64,000 bases of DNA, from the NCBI RefSeq assembly GCF_028641065.1, contig NC_073391.1:32550001-32614000 (forward strand), given 5' to 3'. Under the pieces are notes generated by a model. That model ran no database searches and was not told where the DNA came from. It saw only the letters and a list, made by a program, of their open reading frames with translations. Source of the stretch: Leucoraja erinacea. Lineage: Eukaryota. Below are positions 48,796-59,780 of this stretch, one piece after another (within the stretch, counting starts at the first letter, position 1; the number at the start of each line of letters is the position of its first letter). Position numbers and translations under genes: made by a program.

Positions 48796-50814
48796 CTGTG
48801 GAGGCAAAACAAGAGAGTCAATAGCAAGCCAATAAATTATAATATGTATGTATTCTTACTGAATCTGAATTACTAAACATGCATTGATAGCCAGGTATAC
48901 CTTTTGAAAGTAAGATCCAAACAGCAAACAGCACTTGTCACATTCATGCAGACTATAACAATGTTCAAACCAGAAGATGCAATGTCTAGTATGGAATATT
49001 TGGCACTTGTCATCTCCCATTGTCACAGAACATACAACAGGCCCTTCAACCCACAATGTCTATGCCAAATATAATGCCAAGACCAATTCTTATGTGCCTC
49101 CACATAATCCATATCCCTGCATATCCACGTGCCGATCTAATAATCTCTTAAAGGCCACTATTGTATTTGCCTCCACCACCCCCGACAGCATGTTCCAGGC
49201 ACTCACCAGAAAACTTGTGTCGCACATCTCCTTTACACTTTACCCCTCTCATCTTAAAGCTACCCTCTATTTAGACAGAAAATTCCTAGTTTAATTGAGT
49301 TAACATTTCAGCAGGACAACAAATGGGACACAACATTTATTGGTGAAGTGTGGAAGGAGATAGAGAGGGGTAAAGAGTATAAAGCGTATACAGTGAACAC
49401 ACAGTGAATATTAAACTGCATGACTTGAATCTGGGCATCTGTGGACCTCAAATCATTGAGCAATTGATCAGTAGAAACAAGTAATTGCAGATGCTGGTTA
49501 ATACACAAAAGACAGAAAAAGACACAATGTGCTGGAGTACATCAGCAGGTCATGCAACAGCTCTGGAGAACATGGATATAGGACATTTCGGGTCCAGACC
49601 CTTCTTCACTTCTTCCCCCCACTACAATCAGTTTGAAGAATGGTCCCAATCTGAAATATCTCCTATCCATGTTCTCTGGAGATGGTGCCTGACCCGCTGA
49701 GTTACTTCCGCAACTTTGTGATTACCCCGAGATTACAACACTGACTTCCTTTTGATATTGAATTGCTAACATTCTCTTTCTTTCTCCTTTACTGCCCCAC
49801 AAGTTCAGGTTACTGATCCTTGCTTGTGTGGTTGTTTAAGCATGCACACTGAGCTTCTCAGATTGCCTCGAGAACAAAAGACAAAGGAACAGGAATGACC
49901 TTTGAGCCTGCAATGCCATCCTATATGATCGTTCTCATCTGCAGGGTATCTCTCCCACTGCACTATGCATACAAATGGTTCATCTTCAAGGTGACAGAGG
50001 GAATGGCAGCAATGGATTAGATTGTCTCATGAAGATAGAGACAAAAAACTAGAGTAACTCAGCAGGTCAGGCAGCATCTCTGGAGAAGGGGAACAGGTGA
50101 CGTTTCGGGTCGAAACGTTTCTTCAGACACAGCCACATAGGTGCACTTAGATCACGAGTTAGTGGATGGTAACAAGGAGAAGGAACCCTTGAAAGTAATC
50201 CTATCCTAAAGCAGGCAAACAGAGCTAAAAGATGAATAAAGTTAGTCAATTCAGCAACGATCAGAGGTATAAATGGAGGCTCTGCAAGACTACATGGGTA
50301 ATTGACTGCAATCAGGTAAGTACATATTGGTGCAGTTGTAGATTTGCTGCAACACAGCATCAGAGACCCAAGTTCGATCCTGACTACGGGTGCTGTCTCT
50401 ATGGAGTTTATACGTCCTTCCTGTGACCGTGTGGGTTTTCACCGGGTGTTCCGGTTTCCTCCCACACTCCAAAGATGTACAGGTTTGTAGGTTAATTGGC
50501 GTCTGTAAATTGTAAATTGCCCCCAGTGTGTAGAATAGTGCTAGTGTACAGGGCAATCGCTGGTGAATGCGGATTTGGTGGGCGAAGGGCCCGTTTCCAC
50601 GCTGTATCTCTAACCAAAAGTACAAGGAACCCTTGAAACTAATTCATTCCTAAAGCAGGCAGGCAGAGCTAAAAGGTAAATAAAATTAGTTATTTCAGCA
50701 ATGGTTAGAGCAATAAATGGAGGCTCTGCAAGGCTACATGGTGCGGCTATTGACTGCAATCGGGTAACAACAAGCGCAAAAAAAAAGAAAATGTACATTT
50801 GTCACAAACGTCAC

Positions 50815-50975
50815 CTTGAAAGGAAAGACAGGAGCTTGGTGTGCACTAGGATGAAGGTGTGCACCACCTCTTCATTGGCCCTCTCCACACTGCCATTAAT
50901 CTGTTGGACAACATATCGGTCTAGGAACTCGATGCATTGTTGGCACAGCTGGGGATGGATCAGACGCTCCACTGC
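50815..50975 (-). CDS. HPS1: HPS1 exon
   Basis: [53 protein letters not shown]. 161 nt. Confidence 0.96.
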
Positions 50976-51406
50976 CTAACAACAAAAGCACCAAATTAAA
51001 TTCAACGTCGGCCTCCTTTGCTCCCACGCAACCAAGCGCATGAACATTGAATTCTCTAATTTAGGGTAACATGCTTCCCCTTGGTGACTTCCAAGATGGC
51101 GCCCTACACAGCTGACTATTTGTGTGCTAGCCACAGAATCAGATCTACAAACACATATTACAATCGCTCCACACTCTTAAATCTCTATTCCTTCAGCAAT
51201 ATTTTTTACTTTAACTATGATCTTCTTAAACTCCTCTCGGGTATGTCATTACTGCGACTCCTGGCACCCGAAGTCCAACTATATTGAACTACTATCTACC
51301 TCTTTGGTGACTCGCGGACTTACCTTGATCGAACTTTGCAGGCTTTATCTTGCACTAAACGTTATTCCCTTATCATGTATCCATACATCAATGGCATGAT
51401 TATAAT

Positions 51407-51639
51407 TATGGCAGACGATTAAGCAAGCCTCGCGTGGTGAATCAGAGAGATCTTTATTGTCAAAGCAAAGAGAACACACGTACGCGTGGGGAAAGGTTGA
51501 CCCGGGATTCTTTATATATACTAGGGCACACCCCTAAACCTCTTGACGACTCCTTCCCGCCATTACCCAGTCACGTGACCCTACCCCCGACTGCCGAGGG
51601 TTCGCATAGAGAGTGGTCTAACCACCGGGTGGCACCACA
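51407..51639 (-). mobile_element. Solo LTR (Gypsy-like)
   Basis: 4-bp TSD TAAT. Minus-strand termini are TGTGG...CCATA, with TATATATAAA (~51520) upstream of AATAAA (~51458). It interrupts a Rex1-type tail. Confidence 0.75.
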
Positions 51640-53840
51640 TAATCATGTATTGTCTTTCTGCTGACTGGAGAGCATGCAACAATAGCTTTTCACTTTACCT
51701 CGGTGCACGTGTCAATAAACTAAACTGAACTCAGACACCTGCTTCCACCCAGATCCTTTTTCCCTGCAATAATCCCCTCACCCAGCTTGTTCCCCACTCG
51801 CTTCACCCACCCATTACCCAAACATACCTTCTATCTGTCCATCTCACATACCTTACGCTGTCCCAAATGCCATCTCCCTTTCCCATCAGAGTCCATCATC
51901 GGCAGCCACGGGTTATCTCATCCAATCACCTCCCAACCTCTGATGTTATCTCCAGTCTTTAGAGATACAGCGTGGAAGCAGGCCTTTTGGCCCACTACTT
52001 CCGTGCCGATCAGCAATCGCCTCGTACACTAGTTCTATCCTATACACTGGGGACAACTTACAGAAGCTAATTTATGTAAAAATCTGCCCGTATTTGAAGT
52101 GTAGATGGAAACCGGAACACCTGGAGAAAACCCACGAGGTCTCACGGTGAACGTACAAACTGCGTAGATAGCCCCCATAGTTATGATCAAACCCAGATTT
52201 CTGGCACTGTTATATTGGAGCTCTAACGCTGTGCCATAGTCATTTGTCTCCATCTTATCCATCCACCCTCCACCCACCTCATCTGGATCCATCACGTGCC
52301 ATCTCTTGCTCAATCCTTCCCCACTGACACTCCCCCCCCCCCCCACCCCCCGCCCATATACTGGCTATCTCCCCTCCACTCTTTCAGTCCAGAGAAAGGG
52401 TGCCAATCAGAAACAACGTCAATCCATTTCCCTCCACAGACATTGTCAGAACCGCTGAGTTCCTCCAGCGGGTTGTCATTCTGCATTGTCATGTCGCTAT
52501 TTGTAGAAGCCAACTATGCACTTACTGACTGCGGTAGGACTACGTTGCAAGTCTTTCAACCTTCAGGATATTAATTGGCTATAAAGATATTCAGACTTCA
52601 AAAGATATTCAATGGCTATAAAGCGCCTTGGGACAGCATAAGGATTTGAAGTTGTATGAATGGGAAGATAGTTGTTGCTATCTGCTATATTGTTGCTATA
52701 AAAAGCTGGAGTAACTCAGCGGGAAAGGCAGCAACTCTGGAAAGAAGGAATGGGTGATGTTTCGGGTCAAGACAGTTCTTCAGAGTATGAATGGGAAGCA
52801 TTGTTTTCTAACTGTACCAAAGTTCAGTTACCGTCACGGGAGTAAGATTGCATACGTACTGAAATGGGTCAGTAAATGCACACTAATAATTGCTTCAGGC
52901 AATCAGAGAAGAAACCTCAGATTCTTCTATGTCTCACAAGTAGAAACGCTACATGCTTGTAGCCATCACACAAACCAACCTCCTTCCATTGACTTCATCT
53001 ACAATTCACGATGCCTCGGCAAGGCCACCCACATAATCAAGGATTAGTCTCACCCTCTTCACCCCTCTTCCATCGGGCAAGAAGTACAGAAGTGCAAAAA
53101 CACTCACCTCTAGGGACAGTGTCTTCAGAACTATTATCAGGCAACTGAACCATCCTCCCATCCACTAGATAGTGGTCCTGATCTACCATCTACCTCATTG
53201 GAGACCCTCGGAATATATTTAATCTGAATTTACTGGACTTTCTCTTGTACGATATCATTATTCCTTTTATCCGGTATCTGTACACTGTGGAAGGCTTGAT
53301 TGTAATCATGTATAGTCGTTTTGCTGACTGGGTAGCACGAAAGAAGAAAAAAAAAAAAAAGATTTTCACTGTACCTCTGTACACGTGACAATAAACTAAA
53401 TATCACTGGTCCACACTGCAGCAGATTAGAGACAAGCTTCAGGAACGGAAGTTGAGTGCACACGCCAATCAGCATCAATGGTGCGGAGATGGATATGGTC
53501 GAGAGCTTCAAGTTCCTATGCGTAAATATCACTAAGAAATTGTCCTGAACCAGCCAGGTTGAAGCTATGGCCAAGAACAAACATCAACGTCTCAGTTTAG
53601 AAGATGAAGGAAATTCAGTTCATTTCCAACAACTCTTACCAATTGTTGTAGATAAGCTATAGAAAACATATGATTTGGATGCATAACAGCTTGCTTTGTG
53701 AACAGCTCTGGCCCAGAAAACAGCAGAAAGACGTGGATTTAGCCCAGTGCATCACACAGACTAGACTTCCCACCATCGACATTTCAAAGTGACCCCGAAA
53801 AAGCAGGCAGCATAATCAAGCACAAGTAACATAGCTTCAC

Positions 53841-53949
53841 CTCGACAAGGAAACTCTGGTCATCCTCTCTCAGGTGGCTGTAAGTGACCAGCAGGCCCTG
53901 GAGCATCTTCCATACCTTGCACCGTTGCTCAGTGTCTTGGGGCCGCAAC
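53841..53949 (-). CDS. HPS1: HPS1 exon
   Basis: LRPQDTEQRCKVWKMLQGLLVTYSHLREDDQSFLVE. 109 nt. Confidence 0.95.
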
Positions 53950-54664
53950 CTGAGAAAGTAGGAGGAGGTATTGGTAAGAGCTCATTTGAAAGGGATGTAG
54001 GAAACATTATGGAAGGAATCAATGCAAGGATTACAGGATCAAATATAGTCTTTATGGCAGACCAAGCCAACCAAGCACACAGAGCAGCCTTAGTAAAATG
54101 GAAGCACCTCTGCCAATGTGGACAGATGTGACTAGAGTCGACGTGGGCAAGTTGGGCCGAAGACCCTATTTCCATCCTGTGTGCATCTATATGCAATCCT
54201 TCAGGAAGAAATATCCCATTGCCAATTCTTAAGTGATTCACCTATGCTACGACCATGCCCCTTACCTGTTGACATCCCCATCGGGGGAACCCGCTGCCAA
54301 GGGTGGCGGTGGTATTTAAGAGGCTCTTAGATAGGCACGTGGAAGTGCAGAGAAGACATATGGATCATGTACAGACACAAGATCAGTTTAACTTGGTATC
54401 ATGTTTGACACAAACATTATGGGCCGTGGGACTTGTTCCTGTGTTGTGCTGTTTAATGTTTGATGTTCTAATTAGTGTAGGTTTCATGTAAATGGGTGGT
54501 TTGTGGTCAGCATGGACCATTGGGTTTGATTCCATGCTACATCTGTCTTTCTAGCTAAACTTATGCATGTCACCTACCTGAACCAGAGCAACAAATGAAC
54601 ATCTGCAAGTTGAAGGAAAATATACTGAACCAGTAGAAATAATCTCAAAACCAGTACTACGTAC

Positions 54665-54807
54665 GTTTTCTTTAGGATGCCAGCATCTAGAGTCACCAAT
54701 CCAAACCGCAAATCAATAATCTTCTTCAGCACAAATATCTTTCGGCGCAAATCGTCCTCATTCTCTGAACCATCTCCATTCACTGCGATATAAGTGCACT
54801 CACCAAA
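54665..54807 (-). CDS. HPS1: HPS1 exon
   Basis: FGECTYIAVNGDGSENEDDLRRKIFVLKKIIDLRFGLVTLDAGILKK. 143 nt. Confidence 0.96.
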
Positions 54808-55408
54808 CTAAAATCCAAAGAAACCAAACTCGGGTTAAAGATGGAGCTTCATTCTTAAAGATTCTTTCAATCTTTTAAACGGGTAACGATTCATCTTTAA
54901 ATAACATTGATAAACACAAAATCCTGGAGTAACTCAGCGGGTCAGGAAGCATATCTGGAGAAAATAGAGAGGTGATATGGGGTCAGGACCCTTTAGTCTG
55001 AAGAAGGCTCCCACCCCGAAATGTCACCTTCACATTTTCTCAAGAGATGCTACCTGAACCGCTGAGATGCTGCCTGACCCACAAATTCAGCATTTTTTGT
55101 CTATCTTTGGTATAAACCAGAATCTGCTGTTCCTTTTTATTACGTTAAAGTAATGCTTTGGTTAGCTGGAGATTCACTAACTTTTCAATTGCACCGTTGA
55201 TTGTTAAGGCCAAGAAAATCAAATGTGGGTTTGGTGTGAAATAATTTTATTGGAACTGAGGGAAGATGCAAAGTGTAGCAGACTATAAGTGCAAGGAAGT
55301 GTGGAGTAACGGATACATAATATGGGTAAGGAGGAAGGTGGTTACAAGATGGTAAAATACAAAGCCAGAGAGATAGATGTCGGAGGAGGGGGGGAGGGTT
55401 AGTGAGGT

Positions 55409-55442
<34 letters not shown>

Positions 55443-56052
55443 AGAGGGGGGGGGGGGGGGGGGGGGGGACCAAATAACCTGAGAGCAGAGATAGATGTAG
55501 GGGAGGAGGGGGGTGTACACCCAGGTGGGGGCGCATGGAAGTTTAGTATTTGGTTTATGAATGCACAACCATTTAGTAAACATATTTGACAATATGTCTG
55601 CTTTGGTTAGCTCTAGAATATCGTAGCATAAATGGGCTTCACAAATGGATTATGTTTAAATGTTATAAGATCTCTGAAGAAGATTAACCATAGATGCATG
55701 TTTTTGCTACTTCTCAAACCCGCTCCACCGTTCAGTATTGTGCCTGATCTGATCTTCACCTTTCACTCCACTTTCTCACCCAATCCCCAAATCCCCTATA
55801 GTCCGCAAATCTATCTCAGCCTTCTGCAACTTCACACCCACGATTCTCTTAGATAGAACGTTCCAAAGATATGGATCCAATGTTATGAATAGGTAAGGTT
55901 TAGAACGATATGTGCCAAATGCAGGAAGGTGTGACTAGAGTCGGCATGGGCAAGTTGAATAATATTTTACTTGTAAAATCCAACAGATCCCAAATCCACA
56001 GCATTCTGCCCAAGCAAAGTGTACAGACAATTGGAAGTTGTGAACTGCTTAC

Positions 56053-56193
56053 CTGGTGGACTGTGAAGATGTAATTGTTCTCACTGATAAATGAGGTGTA
56101 CGTATCAGAGATCTTCTCATTCAGGGTGATGCAGGAAATGAGAAGTGGTGCAAATAGAGTGTTGATGCTGTCCTCGAAGGCCGGGATATGAGC
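56053..56193 (-). CDS. HPS1: HPS1 second coding exon
   Basis: AHIPAFEDSINTLFAPLLISCITLNEKISDTYTSFISENNYIFTVHQ. 141 nt. Confidence 0.95.
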
Positions 56194-58171
56194 CTGCAAA
56201 CACAGAGCACGCTTATCCACATTATACATACTTGTACATCTGAGCCCCCAATTCCAACAATTACCCACGTACATTCAAAAAAACGTGATTGGCTCACAGT
56301 TAATGTGGTGCTTTCCTTTTTGTTCAAGATTGTTCATTAATTTCCCATTTCTAACATTTCTCACACTCCAAAATAAAATGTTGGCAAAATCATCTCTTAA
56401 ATTGTTTTTGAAAAAAAAAAAATACCTAAAGCAAGAGCAATGGCTCTGTGGGAAACTAATCCATTGAAGCGACCAAGAAGATAAGTCATTGCCGAGCTGC
56501 CTGAGTTTAGACGGTTCATTGGTCGAATTCTAGAGTTGGCCATCTCATCACCTGAGGCTTTATAAGGAACTGGCCACTCCATATGTCAAGTATTGTAAGC
56601 AGTTTTGGGCCCCATATCTGAGGAAAGATGCGCTGACGGTGGAGAGGGTCCAGAGGAGGTTTACGAGAATGATTCCAGGAATGATTGGGTTAACATATGA
56701 TGAACGTTTGACGGCACTGGGCCAGAATATAGATGAGGGGAGACCTCATTGAAACTTACCGAATAGTGAAAGGCCAGGATAGAGTGGATGCGGAAAGGAT
56801 GTTTCCATTAGTAGGAGAATCTAGGACCAGAGGCCATAGCCTCAGAATAAAAAGACGTACCTTTAGAATGATGATGAGGAATTTCTTTAGTCAGAGGGTC
56901 GTGAATCTGTGGAATTTATTGACACAGAAGGCTGTGGAGGCTGTTAATGGAAAATTTTAAGGCTGAGATTGACATATTCTTGATTAGTACAGGAGTCAGG
57001 GATTATGAAAATGGGGTTGAGAGGGAAAGATAGATCAGCCATGATTGAATGGCAGACTGGACTTGATGGGCCAAATGGCCTATTTCTGCTCCTATAACTC
57101 ATCATCAGAAATAGAACATCAGTGCATGCATGTGTTTAAGAAGAAACTGCAGATGCTGAAAAATCGATGGTAGACAAAAGTGCTGGAGAAACTCAGTGGG
57201 TGCAGCAGCATCTATGGAGCGAAGGAAATAGGCAACGTTTCGGGCCGATACCCTTCTTCAGACTGAAGTAGGGTGGGGTGGGAGGGGCAAAGAAAGGAGA
57301 AAGGAAGAGGAGGAGCCTGAGGGCTTAGGGAGAGCTGAGATGGGGAGGAGACAGCAAGGGCTGCCAGAGTGCATACATCACTGACGTAGCAAGAGACAAC
57401 TGGAAGAGCCAGTGGGAGGAACAGAAGACCACTCAGCCCCTTGATACCGTCACAGATAGCGCATGCTTTCTTCATCCCTTAAATGCCATCTACCTGGTTT
57501 AGAGGGATATGGGTCAAATACAAGCAAATGGGTATTTTGGTCAGCATGGATGAGTTGGGCCAAAGGGCTGTTTCTCTGCTGTATGACACAGATTTTTTTG
57601 CCAGTCTGGCAATCTTGTAGCGAAGTTGGTCCAATTAACCAGGCAAGCTTAGGTGACAAGATTGAGGTTTAGGATTATTGTTGTCATGTGTATTGAGGTA
57701 CAGTGAACAACTTTGTTTTGCATGCTACCGAAACAGATAGGATATCTCCAGAGAGATGCTGCCTGTCCAGCCGAGTTACTCCAGCTTTCTTCAGATAATC
57801 CATATGCAGATACAATCAAACCAAATTCAAGTACAATAGGCAGAGCACTGGAGAAGATAGAGTGCAGAATACAGTTCTCAATATTGTAGCGCATCAGTTC
57901 AAATTATAAAGTCCAATGTCCGCAATGGGGGTAAAGGTGACTCGGGCAGTACCCTAGCTTATGGAAGGACTGTTTAGAAGCCTGATAACAGAGGGGAAGA
58001 AGCTGTTCCCAAGTCTGGTGGTGCGCGCTGTCAAGCCTATGTCGGACTGGAACGGGGAGAAGGAGGTTGAGAATACTACAGATAGACATAGGAATAATGG
58101 ACATGTGTGTAATTAAAGTGTAAATACACCCCCATCAAATTGTCAACACCCACTGACGGTCTCCTTTTTAC

Positions 58172-58288
58172 CTCTCCGTGTTGCTCCGGCAAATCTTCGA
58201 ACTGTTGTCTCAGTCTTGCTTCAAAGTCTTGGTCCGCCCAGTAAAAGAGGACCTGAGCACTCTCACTGGCAATCAGGAGACATTTCAT
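58172..58288 (-). CDS. HPS1: HPS1 first coding exon
   Basis: GCAGCC ATG context. Encodes MKCLLIASESAQVLFYWADQDFEARLRQQFEDLPEQHGE|gtaaaa, compared with human [22 protein letters not shown]. Confidence 0.96.
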
Positions 58289-59068
58289 GGCTGCAGTGTC
58301 CTCCAGGACAACCCTCACAGGGCGTCTCCAGCACTAATGGCCCAGTTATACCTTTTGTAACTGTCCACTATACCCTCTGACTACAGAGGCCCCAACAGAG
58401 CTCAGGGCCACCCCAGAACTAAGCACAGCAACCCCAATACAAATTACACAGCAGCAGCAAGATCCCAAATAACCCAAGGTCCCAGTTATCAGCGTGCCGA
58501 ACAAATATCCACAAATGGCACCAGCCCAACACCGGTCAAAATACTAATTGACCCTGAGACCCCTACTGCTCACAAGCGCCAACAAGCCTAGCTGTCCCAC
58601 AAGATCCTGCATCACCTGCATCACCTGGATGCCAACTGACTCACAAAACAGGACTCCAAGGACCACACAATGCCAAGTGCCCACCGGACCCCACCACAGC
58701 GACTGCTCCACAACCCTCGACACCCACTGCCCCAGAGGACCTCAGGACTTCAAATGCCCCTCAATAAAAAACTATCCCACACAACCCCTACTCTCCCTCA
58801 GGCCCAAGTGCCCCACAGGACCTTGATTGAAATTGCTCCACACAGGGCACCACGACCCCAACTGCCCCAGAGGACCTCAGATGCCCCTCAATACAAACTG
58901 CCCCACAGCACAGGACCCCAATTATACCTCGGGACCTTAAGATTGAAACCGCTCCACGACCACAACTGCCCCCCACACCCTGAACAACTAGACTACCCCC
59001 ACATCCCCGCCTCAGCTGTCAGATCTGGTGACATGGCTGAGGGAACGTGCCCGCGCACGGTGACAATG

Positions 59069-59260
59069 CCCGCGGCCGCGCTCGCGGACACTGCTCCCCC
59101 TCCTCCCCGCGGCCGCGCGCTCGCGGACACTGCTCCCCCTCCTCCCCGCGGCCGCGCGCTCGCGGACACTGCTCCCCCTCCTCCCCGCGGCCGCGCGCTC
59201 ACGGACACTGTTCCCCCTCCTCCCCGCGGCCGCGCTCGCGGACACTGTTCCTCCTCCTCG
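59069..59260. repeat. 39-bp GC-rich tandem repeat in the HPS1 5' CpG island
   Basis: Unit GCGGCCGCGCGCTCGCGGACACTGCTCCCCCTCCTCCCC, about 5 copies. Confidence 0.92.
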
Positions 59261-59279
59261 GGGCAAGTTTGAAAAGTAA

Positions 59280-59780
59280 GCGAACTCCGCTCGTGCCCCG
59301 CCGGCAGCTTCACGTGACTCTATCGCCTCCTCCAATCAGCTGCGTCTGAATGCCCAACGCCGTCCTCCAATCAACGACGAATCAACGACGCCTGCCTCTC
59401 CTGCCTCCTCCAATTAGCTGCTTGCAATTCTCCGCCCAAATGCTACTCCTATTCCTTAGGGACACTATCCTGCAGAAGGGATAATTTACACTTATACCCA
59501 AAGATCTTATAGCAGAGCTTTGCTATAAGTTCTTTGCTTATACCCAAAGATAGGATCTTTGCTTATACCAATCAACTGCGTCTGTCTCTCCCCGCCCCCC
59601 CCCAATCAGGTCCGCCTGGTTTACCAGCCTCCTCCAATCAGCTTCGTCGGACTCTCCCCGACTCCTCCAGCCTCGTCCAATTAACAGGCAGACTGTGTAT
59701 GCGTCGTCCAATCAGATGCGTGCTGACGCCCACACGTGCCCAATAGGCTTCGGGAAGGTTGTAGGTTCCACCAATCACGT
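59280..59780 (-). promoter_or_regulatory. Putative HPS1 promoter: CLEAR/E-box plus CCAAT cluster
   Basis: TCACGTGAC at 59310-59318. CCAAT at about 59332, 59367, 59410, 59568, 59602, 59634, 59677, 59708, 59740 and 59771, all on one strand. Confidence 0.65.

Noticed and set aside
55409-55468. Long poly-G tracts (also 12471-12496)
   Set aside because: They are homopolymers within repeat-derived sequence. Their lengths are unreliable and no function is evident.
33414-58288. EXOSC1 as the minus-strand gene next to PGAM1
   Set aside because: It was expected from human gene order, but the exon translations match HPS1 throughout.
58670-59349. ORFs with ALADTAPPPPRGR repeats
   Set aside because: They arise from the 39-bp GC repeat in the HPS1 5' region.
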